From Spirochaetia bacterium (GTDB lineage: Bacteria > Spirochaetota > Spirochaetia > SZUA-6 > Bin103): a stretch of DNA of 64,000 bases. Every line of letters begins with the position of its first letter. Positions within the stretch are counted from its first letter, which is position 1. The position numbers and the translations under genes are program-made. The DNA lies in the NCBI GenBank assembly GCA_965243545.1, contig OZ251573.1:2539-66538 (forward strand), written 5' to 3'. Below are positions 1 to 9,811 of the stretch, in pieces. A model generated the notes under the pieces. That model was not told the DNA's origin. It did no database searches and was given only the letters and a program-made list of their open reading frames with translations.

Positions 1-389
1 GCTCCAACGGCCGCAAGTACGGTACCTACGCGCCGCCGGAGGGCAGCCTGCCGGCCGGGGGGTACTTCGTGATCGCCGATGCGGACGTGATCGCCGCGCT
101 GCCGGCCGGAACGGCGTCGATGCCGCTCAAGAGCGGCGGCCTGCAGAACGGGCCGGACGGCATCCGCATCGTCGAGGCCGGCACGGGGCGCGTGCTGGAC
201 GGCGTCCACTACCTCGACTCCGTTCCCGGCGCCGGGGAGGGCCGGCCGGCGCCGAAGGACGACATCGCCGCGCCGGCGTCGATCGGGCGGTGCAACGGCG
301 CCGACAGCGACGACAACGGCGCTGACTTCGCGGCCATGACGCCGACGCCGGGAGCGGCCAACGCCTGCGCCGGCCCCGGTTCCGGCTGA
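1..389 (+). CDS. C-terminal part of a lamin-tail-domain (LTD) protein, 5' end outside window
   Basis: Open from base 3 (SNGRKYGTY...GGYFVIAD...GLQNGPDGI...DGVHY...SIGR...DSDDNGADF...PTPGAAN), a typical LTD signature. Confidence 0.7.
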   Translation, partial: SNGRKYGTYAPPEGSLPAGGYFVIADADVIAALPAGTASMPLKSGGLQNGPDGIRIVEAGTGRVLDGVHYLDSVPGAGEGRPAPKDDIAAPASIGRCNGADSDDNGADFAAMTPTPGAANACAGPGSG

Positions 390-435
390 CGCGCTGCGGA
401 CGGCGGACGCGCCGCCGGGGCAGAATGGCGGGACC

Positions 436-1425
436 ATGCGCATCTACGTCAGCCGCCAACTGCAGAACCCGGAATTCGCCGGCGACGCCCGACGGTCAGG
501 GTTGGAGGCCCTGACCCGGCTCGCCCCGGTGGAGGACCTCCCCGCCGACCTGTCCCCGGCGGACGCGGCGGGGGTGGTCGCCGTCATCGCCGACAGCACC
601 CCATTCCCCGACGACTTCTACGCCGCCGCCGGCGACCTGCGGGTAGTGGCGCGTTGGGGGGTGGGGTTCGATCAGGTCAACCTCGCCGGGGCCACGCGCT
701 ACGGCGTGCTGGTCACGGTCACTCCCGTACACATGGACACGGTGGCCGAATACACCATCGCGCAGTGGCTGGCCACCATGAAGCGTACCTACACCTTCAA
801 CCGGATGGCGCACCGCGGCGACTCGCGGGTGATCCGCTGCTTCGACGCGCAGGGCTCCTGCCTGGGGCTCTACGGGTTCGGGCGCATCGGTCAGGAGGTC
901 GCCAAGCGGGCCGTGCCGCTGCTCGGCGGCCGCGGCCGGCTGCTGGTGTACGACATCCGCCCGGACGCCGGCGCGCTGGCCGCCCGCTTCGGGGCCGAGG
1001 CGGTGGCCGAACCGGAGGAGCTGTTCCGGCGCTGCGACACGATCTGCCTGCACGTCTCCGGGGCCGACCCGATCGTCGGCTACCAACAGCTTTCCCTGAT
1101 GCAACCGCACGCATCGCTGATCAACCCGTCGCGCGGTACGCTGGTCGACGACGCGGCGGCCCACCGCGCCATCGAGGAAGGCAAGCTCTACTACTACGTC
1201 GTGGACGATCCGGTCGACGGGCCGCGCGCCGTCCACCGCGATCACCCGCGCGTCATCGCCACCAACCACTCGGGCGGCGTCACCGTGGAATCCTCGGCGC
1301 GCCTGGACGCCAAGACCTTCGAGCAGGTGACCGACGCCGTGCACGGCCGCCAGCCCGACCACGTGCTCAACCCCGCCGCGCTCGACCACCCGCGCGTGCG
1401 CGCGTGGCTCCGCGAGCGGCGCTGA
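436..1425 (+). CDS. D-isomer-specific 2-hydroxyacid dehydrogenase (SerA/GhrB-like)
   Basis: ARWGVGFD, GLYGFGRIG NAD motif, INPSRG, TNHSGG. Confidence 0.85.
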   Translation: MRIYVSRQLQNPEFAGDARRSGLEALTRLAPVEDLPADLSPADAAGVVAVIADSTPFPDDFYAAAGDLRVVARWGVGFDQVNLAGATRYGVLVTVTPVHMDTVAEYTIAQWLATMKRTYTFNRMAHRGDSRVIRCFDAQGSCLGLYGFGRIGQEVAKRAVPLLGGRGRLLVYDIRPDAGALAARFGAEAVAEPEELFRRCDTICLHVSGADPIVGYQQLSLMQPHASLINPSRGTLVDDAAAHRAIEEGKLYYYVVDDPVDGPRAVHRDHPRVIATNHSGGVTVESSARLDAKTFEQVTDAVHGRQPDHVLNPAALDHPRVRAWLRERR

Positions 1426-1442
1426 GCGGCGAAGATTCCTCC

Positions 1443-2036
1443 ATGCGTCCGGCGCAGGCCGGCGGCCGCATGGCGGGGCGCCGAGCCGGCCTGCGCGCGC
1501 GGGCGCGCCGCATCCGGGACGCCATTCCCGCCGCGGACCGCGCGCGCTTCAGCGCGCAGGTGGGCGCTCGCGCCCGGCGCCTGTTGGCGGCGGCCGGCGC
1601 GGACACGGTGATGGTCTACCTGAGCTTCCGCAGCGAAGTGGAGACCGGCGAACTGATCCGCTCACTGCGCCGGACGCACCGGCTGGCCGCGCCGCGCATC
1701 GCCGCGGCCGGCGTCATGGACGCGGCGCTCCTGACCGGCGAACCGCTGGCGCGGAGCCGCCTGGGCGTCATGGAGCCGCTCCCCACCGCCGCGGCGGTGG
1801 AGCCTGCGGCGATCGACGCGGTGCTGGTTCCGGGGCTGGCGTTCGACGCCGACGGCTTCCGGCTCGGTTACGGCGGCGGCTACTACGACCGGTTCCTGAC
1901 CCGGTGCGCGCGGGCGCTCCGCGTCGGCTTGGCGTTCGAGGCGCAGGTCGTCGACACGGTGCGGCCGCGCGCCTGGGACCTGCCGGTGCACCACGTCGTC
2001 ACCGAACGGCGGGTGATCGGACCCGGCCGCCGTTGA
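1443..2036 (+). CDS. 5-formyltetrahydrofolate cyclo-ligase
   Basis: YLSFRSEV, VPGLAFD..GFRLGYGGGYYDRFL, WD..VHHVVTE; start ATG 1443 or 1470 within ORF 654..2036. Confidence 0.9.
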   Translation: MRPAQAGGRMAGRRAGLRARARRIRDAIPAADRARFSAQVGARARRLLAAAGADTVMVYLSFRSEVETGELIRSLRRTHRLAAPRIAAAGVMDAALLTGEPLARSRLGVMEPLPTAAAVEPAAIDAVLVPGLAFDADGFRLGYGGGYYDRFLTRCARALRVGLAFEAQVVDTVRPRAWDLPVHHVVTERRVIGPGRR

Positions 2037-2074
2037 GCGGCGGTCGCCGGTGAGCGGCGGGCGCCGGTGAGCGG

Positions 2075-3301
2075 CTACTCCCGCAACAGCCACACGATCC
2101 GGCCGAAGGTCCCCTTGCTGCCGGTGAGCAGGATGCCGAGCCGGAACACCTTGGCGGCGGCCCACACCGCCGCGGCGGTCACCGCCGCCACGCCGGCCGC
2201 CGCCGCCGCGATCTGGAGCGCGCCGGGCGCGCCGAGCGTCACGCGCATGAACATGACGGTCGGCGCCGTCGCCGGGATCAGCGACAGCGTGACCGCCAGC
2301 GGCCCGTCCGGGCTGATCAGCACCGACGGCATGACCAGCATCGGCACGATCAGCGCCACCATCACCGGCCACAGGAGCTGCGAGAAGTTCTGTTCGTCGG
2401 CGGCGACCGCGCCCGCCATGGCGAACGCCGCCGAGTAGAGCAGGAAGCCGAGCGCGAAGAACCCGAGCAGCGCCAGCAGGTTGCCGGGCCGCACGAACGG
2501 CGGGACCGACACGCCGAGGCGCGGCCCCAGCACCTCGATGACCACGAGCGAGATGAGCATCCACGCCAGATACTGGAGCACCGCCGCCAGCCCCTTGCCG
2601 GTCACCTTGCCGGCCAGCAGCGCGAACGGGCGCAACGACGACAGCATGATCTCCGCGGTCTTGCCGGTCTTCTCGGTCAGCACCGAACGGCCGATCGCCT
2701 GCCCGTACAGCACCAGCATCACGTAGAGCAGGGCGACGAACGCGGTCACCACCAGGAACGACTCCTCCAGGTCCTGCACCACCGCTCCGTCGTCGTCGAG
2801 CACCAGCGCCTGCAGCCGCGGCTGCCGCGTCAGCCGGGTGACGAGGGCGGCGTCCAGCCCGGCGCGCGCCAACCGGCGTTGCACCACCACGCGGCCGATC
2901 GCCCCTTCCACGGCCGTGCGCATCGCCAGGTCGACCGCGTCGCCGCTGACGTACCGGAGATCGTCCTGGCCCAACACGTCGGCCGGAAACACCACGTAGC
3001 CGTCCAGATCGCCGGCGCGCACCCGGCCGGCCAGCGACGCCTCCTCGCCCGCTTCCCGCACGATCAGGCCGAGCGGTTCGAGCTCGGCGCGGATCGCCGG
3101 CAGCAGATCGCCCGCGCCGGCCAGCGCCACCGTCCGGCCCGCCAAGGATGAGACGTCTTCGGCCGCGTTCCGCGCCAGCACCTGCGGCAGGGCGATCACG
3201 GCGACCAGCAGGAACGGCCCGGTGACGGTCGTGACCAGGAACGCCCGGGTCATGGCCGCCATCCGCAGCTCCATCCGCGCGACCAGCCACAGCTTGCTCA
3301 T
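2075..3301 (-). CDS. ABC-2 transporter permease (NatB/YhaP-like)
   Basis: SVLTEKTGKTAEIMLSS..LLAGK motif, 6-7 TM segments. Confidence 0.85.
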   Translation of the reverse strand: MSKLWLVARMELRMAAMTRAFLVTTVTGPFLLVAVIALPQVLARNAAEDVSSLAGRTVALAGAGDLLPAIRAELEPLGLIVREAGEEASLAGRVRAGDLDGYVVFPADVLGQDDLRYVSGDAVDLAMRTAVEGAIGRVVVQRRLARAGLDAALVTRLTRQPRLQALVLDDDGAVVQDLEESFLVVTAFVALLYVMLVLYGQAIGRSVLTEKTGKTAEIMLSSLRPFALLAGKVTGKGLAAVLQYLAWMLISLVVIEVLGPRLGVSVPPFVRPGNLLALLGFFALGFLLYSAAFAMAGAVAADEQNFSQLLWPVMVALIVPMLVMPSVLISPDGPLAVTLSLIPATAPTVMFMRVTLGAPGALQIAAAAAGVAAVTAAAVWAAAKVFRLGILLTGSKGTFGRIVWLLRE

Positions 3302-3314
3302 GCCGGCGCGGCGC

Positions 3315-4229
3315 TCACGGCGGGGCCGCCGGGTTCTGCGGCGCGCGGCCCACGCGCTCCACGAAGATGCGGTGCAACGACGGGGCGACCACCTGAAAGC
3401 GGCGCACGCGCACCCGGCCGACCAGCAGCTTGAGGATGCGCTCCGGGGCGACCCCGGCGGCCGGTACGATCTCTACGTAGTTCGGGTAGCCGGTCAGGCC
3501 GGCCACCAGCGGATGGCGGCGCAGGAAGCCGGCGTCGCCGTCGACCTCCGCCTCGATGCCGTTGCCGCCGAAGCGGTCCTTCACCTCGGTCAGCCGGCCG
3601 TCGATCACGGTCCGGCCGCGGTCGATCACGTGCACGCGTTCGCAGATGCGCTCGGCGTGCTCCATCAGGTGGGTGGAGAAGAGCACGGTCTTGCCGGCGC
3701 GCGCCAGTTCCTCCAAGCAGGCGCGCAGCACGTCCGCGGAGACCGGATCGATGCCCGCGAACGGTTCGTCGAAGAAGACGATCGCCGGATCGTGAACGAC
3801 CGCGGCGATGAACTGCACCTTCTGCGCCATTCCCTTGGAGAGTTGCTCGACCCGCCGGTCGCGCCAGTCGGCCAGCTCGAACCGCTCCAGCCAGGCGTCG
3901 ATGGCCGCCGCGGACCGGGCCGGGGGCAGGCCCTTGAGCGCCGCCAGGTAGGTGAGCACCTCCCGCACCGTCCGGCGCTGATACAGGCCGCGCTCCTCCG
4001 GCAGGTAGCCGATGCGCTCCTTGTCCGCCTCGGCCAGCGGCCGCCCGTCGAACAGCACGTCGCCGGCGTCGGCGGCCAGAATGCCCATGACCATGCGGAT
4101 GATCGTGCTCTTGCCGGCGCCGTTCGGGCCGAGCAGCCCGAAGATCTCGCCCGCGTGGGCGCGAAACGACACCCGGTCGACGGCCACGTGTCCGCCGTAG
4201 CGCTTCACGACCTGCCGCACCTCAACCAT
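3315..4229 (-). CDS. ABC transporter ATP-binding protein (YhaQ/NatA-like)
   Basis: GPNGAGKS Walker A, LSKGMAQK signature, FFDEPF, PSLHRIF tail. Confidence 0.9.
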   Translation of the reverse strand: MVEVRQVVKRYGGHVAVDRVSFRAHAGEIFGLLGPNGAGKSTIIRMVMGILAADAGDVLFDGRPLAEADKERIGYLPEERGLYQRRTVREVLTYLAALKGLPPARSAAAIDAWLERFELADWRDRRVEQLSKGMAQKVQFIAAVVHDPAIVFFDEPFAGIDPVSADVLRACLEELARAGKTVLFSTHLMEHAERICERVHVIDRGRTVIDGRLTEVKDRFGGNGIEAEVDGDAGFLRRHPLVAGLTGYPNYVEIVPAAGVAPERILKLLVGRVRVRRFQVVAPSLHRIFVERVGRAPQNPAAPP

Positions 4230-4260
4230 GACCGGGGCTCGGTTGGTATGATAGTACGCG

Positions 4261-7200
4261 ATGGAGCCGACGACCGACCGACCGACGCCGCCCGCCGGCG
4301 AGCCGCTGCCGACCCGCTACGACCATGCGGCGGCCGAGCGGGAAGCGACCGAGCGCTGGATGGCCGCGCGCGTGTTCAGCGCGGCCCCCGACGACCGCCA
4401 ACGGCGCTACGTGGTGATGATGCCGCTGCCCAACGTCACCGGCGCGCTGCACATGGGGCACGCCATGGACAACGTCATGCAGGATCTGCTGGTTCGCTGG
4501 CATCGGATGCTCGGCGACAACACGTTGTGGATGGCCGGCACCGATCACGCCGGCATAGCCACCCAGGCGGTGATCGAGCGCCGCCTGCTGGAGCTGGAGG
4601 GCAAGACCCGGCACGACATAGGACGCATCGCCCTGATGGAGCGCATCTGGAAGTGGAAGGACCGGTACCAGCAGCGCATCATCGAGCAGCAGCGGGCGAT
4701 GGGCTGCTCCTGCGACTGGGACCGGCAGCGGTTCACTATGGACGCGGTCTGCTCGCGCGCCGTGCGCCACACGTTCCTGGCGCTGTTCCGCGACGGACTG
4801 GTGTTCCGCGGCACGCGGCTGGTCAACTGGGACTGCGCGCTCCGCACCGCCGTCTCCGACGACGAGATCGCCTACCGCACGGTCGACGGCGCCTACTGGC
4901 ATCTGCGCTACCCGGTGATCGATCCGGCGCCGGGGGAACCGGCGCACGTGGTGGTCGCCACCACCCGCCCGGAGACGATGTTGGGCGATACCGCGGTCGC
5001 CTGCCATCCGCAGCCGCAGGCGGCGCTCGACCGCGCCATTGAGCGTCTTGCCGCGCGCGCCGAACGCGCGCCGCAGCGGGAGCGGCCGGCGCTCCTGGAG
5101 CAGCTGGCCGGCCTGCGCCGGCGGCGCGAAACCGAACTGGACGGCCTGCGCCGCTTGGCGGAGATGGCGGCGGCCGGCCGCATGATCCGCCTGCCGCTGC
5201 TCGACCGGCCGATACCGCTGATCACCGACGAATGGGCAAAGCCCGAGGTCGGCTCCGGCTGCGTGAAGATCACTCCCGGCCACGACCCCAACGACTTCGA
5301 GGTGTGGCGCCGCCACCGCGACCGGATCGGCCTGATCAACATACTGGCCCCGGACGGCTCCCTCAACGACGCCGCCGGACCGTACGCCGGACTCGACCGC
5401 GCCGCGGCGCGCACCCGCGTGGTGGCCGACCTGCAGAGCGCCGGGCTGCTTGAGCGGATCGAGCCGCACCGGATCGAGATCGGCCACTCGGACCGTTCCG
5501 GCACGGCGATCGAGCCGTACCTGTCGCGGCAGTGGTACCTGCGCATGGGCGACGTGCCCGGCGGCGTCACCGCCGGACGCGGCACCGCCAACGAAGCGGT
5601 CATCCCCGGTCTGGCGCAAGCGGCGATCGACGCCGTAGCCGGCGACTGGCGGTCGCCGACCGGGCGCAAGCTCGCCTTCTTCCCGGACGACCGCTACGCG
5701 CGCACCTACCTCGACTGGCTGGCGGAGAAGCGCGACTGGAACATCAGCCGGCAGCTCTGGTGGGGCCACCAGATCCCGATCTGGACCGTGCGGTGCGCAG
5801 GCGGCCACCTGCAGCGGGCGCTCGATCTGGCCGCGCGCCTGCAGGACCTCCCCGACGCGGCGGTGCAGATACGGGACACCGCGGCCGCGGCGGGCGAGGA
5901 AGGGCGCGCCCTCACGATCGCGGAGGCGCGCAGCGCCGGCGAGGCGGAGATCGACATCTGCCTCCGCGACGACGATGCGGAGGACGTCTGGGAAGACGAC
6001 TTGGCGGCGCTCGACTTCGAGCAGGACCAGGACGTGCTGGACACCTGGTTCTCCAGCGCGCTGTGGCCGCACAGCACCCTCGGCTGGCCCGACCCGGAAA
6101 CGGCTCCGATCGACCACGGCCAGACGCCGCTCGGCGCCGCCGGCGGCGCCGCCGACTGCCTGGACTACTACTACCCCGGCTCCTGCCTGGTGACCGGCCG
6201 CGACATCATCACCCTGTGGGTGGCGCGCATGGTGATCGCCGGCATGTACAACCTGGGCGACCTGCCGTTCGAGCACTGCTTCATCCACGCCAACATCCTG
6301 GACGGCAAGGGCGAGATGATGCGGAAGTCGGCCGGCAACGGCATCGATCCGGTCGACATCATCGATCGCTACGGCGGCGACGCGCTGCGCTACGTGATGT
6401 GCGAGCTGCAGACCGGCAGCCAGGACATCCGCCTGCCGGTGCAGGCGGTCTCGCCGTTCACGGGCAAGACGATCGACCTGGCGTCAGCCGAGCACGGGCG
6501 CACCATCTTTACCTATCTCTGCCCCGGCGCCGGCAAGGAGTTCGACGTGCTCGGCACCATCCCGGACCTGCCGCGAGCGACCCTGATCAGCGACCGGTTC
6601 GAGGTCGGCCGCGCGTTCTGCACCAAGCTGTGGAACGCGGCGCGCTTCGCCTTCATCAACCTGCGCGGCTACCGGTACCGGGAGCGGGCCCTCGACGAGC
6701 TGCCGGCCGAAGACCGCTGGATCCTGTCGCGGCTGTCGCGCACCTGCGCCGCCGCGCACGAACAGCTTGCCGGCTACCGCCCGTCGGCCGCGCTCGCCGC
6801 CGTGCGGGAGTTCTTTTGGGGCGACCTGTGCGACTGGTACCTGGAGCTGATCAAGCCGCGCCTGGCGGCCTCGGAGAGCGAGGCGGACGGCGACACGGCG
6901 GGCGCCGACGCGGCGGACGGCGCCGATGCGGCGCGCCAGACCGCGGCGACCGCGCTCGACGGCGTGCTGCGGCTGCTGCACCCGTTCGTGCCGTTCATCA
7001 CCGAAACGCTGTGGGCGCGCCTGCGGGAGCTGGCGCCGCGCCGCGGCATCGCCGGCTGGCAGGTCGCCGACGCCGAGCTGCTGGCCGCCGCCGCCTGGCC
7101 GGCGGCCGGCCCGGGCGTGGAGGATGCGGCGCTCGAAGCCGCATTCGACCGGCTGCGCGGCATAGCGCGCGCCGTCCGCGACCTGCGCTCCCGGCACGGC

Positions 7201-7602
7201 GTGGCCGCCCGCACGCCGCTCGACGCCGTGATCCGGTCGACCGGCGGCGGCGCGGCCGCGGCGCCGCTCGACGCCTACGGGGACCTGATCCGGCGCGCGG
7301 CCGGCCTGGCGTCGCTCCGCTTTACGGCCGGCGGCGATCCGCCGGCCGGCTCGGCGTCGGCGGTCGTCGGCGACCATGAGGTGCACCTGCTCGGCGTGGT
7401 CGACGCCGGCGTCGAGCGGCGGCGCCTTGCCAAGCACCGCGACCGCCTGCAGCGGCAGATCGACGCCTCGCAGAAGAAGCTGGCCAACGCCGGCTTCCTG
7501 GCGAACGCCGCCGCCGAGGTGGTGGAGCGGGAGCGGCAGCGTCTGGCCGGCGCGCGCGCGGAGCTGCAGGCGGTGCGGCAGAACCTGAGCCACCTCACCT
7601 GA
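4261..7602 (+). CDS. valS: Valine--tRNA ligase
   Basis: PNVTGALHMGH, GTDHAGIATQ, ATTRPET, DWNISRQLWWGH, DVLDTWFSS, KLWNA, C-terminal coiled coil. Confidence 0.97.
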   Translation: MEPTTDRPTPPAGEPLPTRYDHAAAEREATERWMAARVFSAAPDDRQRRYVVMMPLPNVTGALHMGHAMDNVMQDLLVRWHRMLGDNTLWMAGTDHAGIATQAVIERRLLELEGKTRHDIGRIALMERIWKWKDRYQQRIIEQQRAMGCSCDWDRQRFTMDAVCSRAVRHTFLALFRDGLVFRGTRLVNWDCALRTAVSDDEIAYRTVDGAYWHLRYPVIDPAPGEPAHVVVATTRPETMLGDTAVACHPQPQAALDRAIERLAARAERAPQRERPALLEQLAGLRRRRETELDGLRRLAEMAAAGRMIRLPLLDRPIPLITDEWAKPEVGSGCVKITPGHDPNDFEVWRRHRDRIGLINILAPDGSLNDAAGPYAGLDRAAARTRVVADLQSAGLLERIEPHRIEIGHSDRSGTAIEPYLSRQWYLRMGDVPGGVTAGRGTANEAVIPGLAQAAIDAVAGDWRSPTGRKLAFFPDDRYARTYLDWLAEKRDWNISRQLWWGHQIPIWTVRCAGGHLQRALDLAARLQDLPDAAVQIRDTAAAAGEEGRALTIAEARSAGEAEIDICLRDDDAEDVWEDDLAALDFEQDQDVLDTWFSSALWPHSTLGWPDPETAPIDHGQTPLGAAGGAADCLDYYYPGSCLVTGRDIITLWVARMVIAGMYNLGDLPFEHCFIHANILDGKGEMMRKSAGNGIDPVDIIDRYGGDALRYVMCELQTGSQDIRLPVQAVSPFTGKTIDLASAEHGRTIFTYLCPGAGKEFDVLGTIPDLPRATLISDRFEVGRAFCTKLWNAARFAFINLRGYRYRERALDELPAEDRWILSRLSRTCAAAHEQLAGYRPSAALAAVREFFWGDLCDWYLELIKPRLAASESEADGDTAGADAADGADAARQTAATALDGVLRLLHPFVPFITETLWARLRELAPRRGIAGWQVADAELLAAAAWPAAGPGVEDAALEAAFDRLRGIARAVRDLRSRHGVAARTPLDAVIRSTGGGAAAAPLDAYGDLIRRAAGLASLRFTAGGDPPAGSASAVVGDHEVHLLGVVDAGVERRRLAKHRDRLQRQIDASQKKLANAGFLANAAAEVVERERQRLAGARAELQAVRQNLSHLT

Positions 7603-7625
7603 GCGATCGCGGACCGGCGCCGCCG

Positions 7626-8894
7626 GTGTCGGGTTGGCAGCTGCTGGCCGCCAAGCCGCGCTTCCGGCGGCTGGTCGCCTCATCGGGGCTGTGGTACGCC
7701 ACGCGCGCCTACGAGCTGGTGGTGCTGTCGTGGCTGGTCCTGGAGCTGACCGATTCGGTGTCTGCGGTGACGGCGCTCGGCGCCGCCCGCGGCCTGCCGA
7801 TGCTGCTGCTGGGGTACGCCGGCGGCGCGCTGGCCGACCGCGTTTCTCGCCTGCGCCTGCTGCGGACCACGCAGAGCATCTGCCTGGCGGTGGTCGCCGC
7901 CTACGCCGTCTACCTGGCGTTCGGATCGCCGGCCGCCTGGAGCGCCCACCTGGTGATCGGCGTGATCGGCGCCGTCTGGAGCGTCGACTTCGCCAACCGC
8001 CGGTCGTTGTACACCGATCTGTTCGAGCAGGCCGAGCTGGCGACCGCGGTGCCGGTCGACACCACCACCTTCACGATCGGCCTGATCGTGGGGCCGCTGG
8101 CCGCCGGCGTCCTGACGCGGATGGGCGGCTTTGCGGCCGCCTACGCCGGGCTGGCCGCCATCCACGCGGCGTCGGTGGCGCTGCTGCCGGGCGACCGGCG
8201 CCGGCCGGCCCCGCCGGTCCGCGGTGACGGGCGGCCGGACCGCCGCGCGGAACGGCCCGCGGCGGCGGGGCGGGTGCGCGCCGCGCTGGCGACGTTGCGC
8301 GGCCGGCGGGCGCTGCAGGCGGCCGTCCTGGTCACCCTGGTCGGCAACTTCTTCGCGTTTCCGTTCCATCAGATGGTGCCGGTGATCGGCCGCGACGTGT
8401 TGTCCGCCGACGCGCTCCGCTTCGGCATCCTGGTGTCGGCGTGGGGCGTCGGCGCGCTGGGCGGCTCCCTGGCGTTGGCCGCCCGCGCCGCCCGCCGGCC
8501 CGGCTGGGTGTTCGCCGCCGGCATGGCGACGCTGTTCGCCTGCATCGGCGGGTTTGCGCTCTCCGGCGCCTACCTGCTGTCGGTGGGGCTGCTGCTGGCC
8601 GGCGGCGTCGGCTTCTCCGGCTTCGCCGCCATGCAGATACTGATCACGCTACGGACCGCGCCGCCGGCGCTGCGCGGGCGGTCGCTGGGGGTGGTGAGTC
8701 TGGCGATCGGCATGCAGCCGCTCGGCGCCGTCGCGCTCGGCCTGACGGCCGAGCGGATCGGGCCGCAGGCGGCGCTGGCCGGCTTCGCGCTGCTGGGACT
8801 CTGCGGTCTGGCGGCGGTGCGCTGGCGCTACCCGGAGCTGGGCCGCCACGCGACCCTCAGCGAACGGCCGGAGCCGCGGCAGGAGCCGGGCTGA
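7626..8894 (+). CDS. MFS transporter
   Basis: GALADRVSR motif A, about 12 TM segments, PPALRGR. Confidence 0.85.
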   Translation: MSGWQLLAAKPRFRRLVASSGLWYATRAYELVVLSWLVLELTDSVSAVTALGAARGLPMLLLGYAGGALADRVSRLRLLRTTQSICLAVVAAYAVYLAFGSPAAWSAHLVIGVIGAVWSVDFANRRSLYTDLFEQAELATAVPVDTTTFTIGLIVGPLAAGVLTRMGGFAAAYAGLAAIHAASVALLPGDRRRPAPPVRGDGRPDRRAERPAAAGRVRAALATLRGRRALQAAVLVTLVGNFFAFPFHQMVPVIGRDVLSADALRFGILVSAWGVGALGGSLALAARAARRPGWVFAAGMATLFACIGGFALSGAYLLSVGLLLAGGVGFSGFAAMQILITLRTAPPALRGRSLGVVSLAIGMQPLGAVALGLTAERIGPQAALAGFALLGLCGLAAVRWRYPELGRHATLSERPEPRQEPG

Positions 8895-9378
8895 AGCGCT
8901 CCACAAACGCGGCGTGCACCGGCGGCGGCACGTACTTGGCCAGCACCTCCTCCCAGCCGTTGAGCCCGATCAGCGACTTGACCACGCTGGAGCTCACCTC
9001 GGCGATCTCGCGCGGGGGCATCAGAAAGAGGGTGACGACGCCCGCGTCCAGGTCGCTGTTGATGTACTTCATCGACCGTTCGTACTGATAGTCGAGCTCC
9101 GTGCGGATGCCGCGCAGCACGAACTCCGCCCCCCGGGACCGCGCGTACTCGACCAGGAAGCGGTTCTCATACGTCTCTACCGTGACGTTGGGGCGGTCGG
9201 CCAGCGCGGCGCGCACCAGGCCCCGGCGCTCCTCGATGGAGAAGGCGTACCGCTTGTCCGGGTTGGTGCCGATCGCCACGATCAGCTCGTCGAACAGGCG
9301 CTCGCCCTGCTCCACCACCCACAGGTGCCCGTTGGTGATCGGGTCGAAACTGGCCGCGTAGACGCATCGCCGGGACAT
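8857..9378 (-). CDS. coaD: Pantetheine-phosphate adenylyltransferase
   Basis: YAASFDPITNGH, LRGIR..DYQYE, VSSSVVK; start ATG 9378. Confidence 0.95.
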   Translation of the reverse strand: MSRRCVYAASFDPITNGHLWVVEQGERLFDELIVAIGTNPDKRYAFSIEERRGLVRAALADRPNVTVETYENRFLVEYARSRGAEFVLRGIRTELDYQYERSMKYINSDLDAGVVTLFLMPPREIAEVSSSVVKSLIGLNGWEEVLAKYVPPPVHAAFVERFSPAPAAAPAVR

Positions 9379-9480
9379 GCGCGCAATCGAACCCGACCCG
9401 GCCACGCCGGTCAAGGCGGCCGCTCGGACGCGGGCGCGGTTTGCGGCCGGAACGCCGCGGCGCTATCATCCGGCGCTGTC

Positions 9481-9777
9481 GTGGGACGGTGCTTTGCGTG
9501 CGGCGCGGCGTTCGACCCCCGCATGGAGATCTTCCGCGCGACCACCTGCCCGAGCTGCGGCAAGGACGCGCACGTCTGCCTCAACTGCCGCTTCTACGAC
9601 CGGTCCGCCTACCAGGAGTGCCGGGAACCGATCGTCGAGCCGGTCTCCGTCAAGGACCGCTCCAACTTCTGCGAGTACTTCAAGACGCCGGAGGGGTCCG
9701 GCGCCGGGCCGGCTGCCCCGGACGACCGCGCCGACCGGGCCCGCGAGGCGGCCGAGCGGCTGTTCGGCGGCCTGTAA
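9481..9777 (+). CDS. Small Cys-rich (putative Zn-binding) conserved hypothetical protein
   Basis: CFAC..CPSC..CLNC..C..NFCEYF; GTG start; TATCAT -10 at 9464. Confidence 0.7.
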   Translation: MGRCFACGAAFDPRMEIFRATTCPSCGKDAHVCLNCRFYDRSAYQECREPIVEPVSVKDRSNFCEYFKTPEGSGAGPAAPDDRADRAREAAERLFGGL

Positions 9778-9811
9778 CGCCCGGGGCTACGGCGCGCGCG
9801 GATCGCGGCCG

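Noticed and set aside
1425-1443. 6S RNA, often found upstream of 5-formyl-THF cyclo-ligase
   Set aside because: Only about 17 nt separate the genes, so there is no room.
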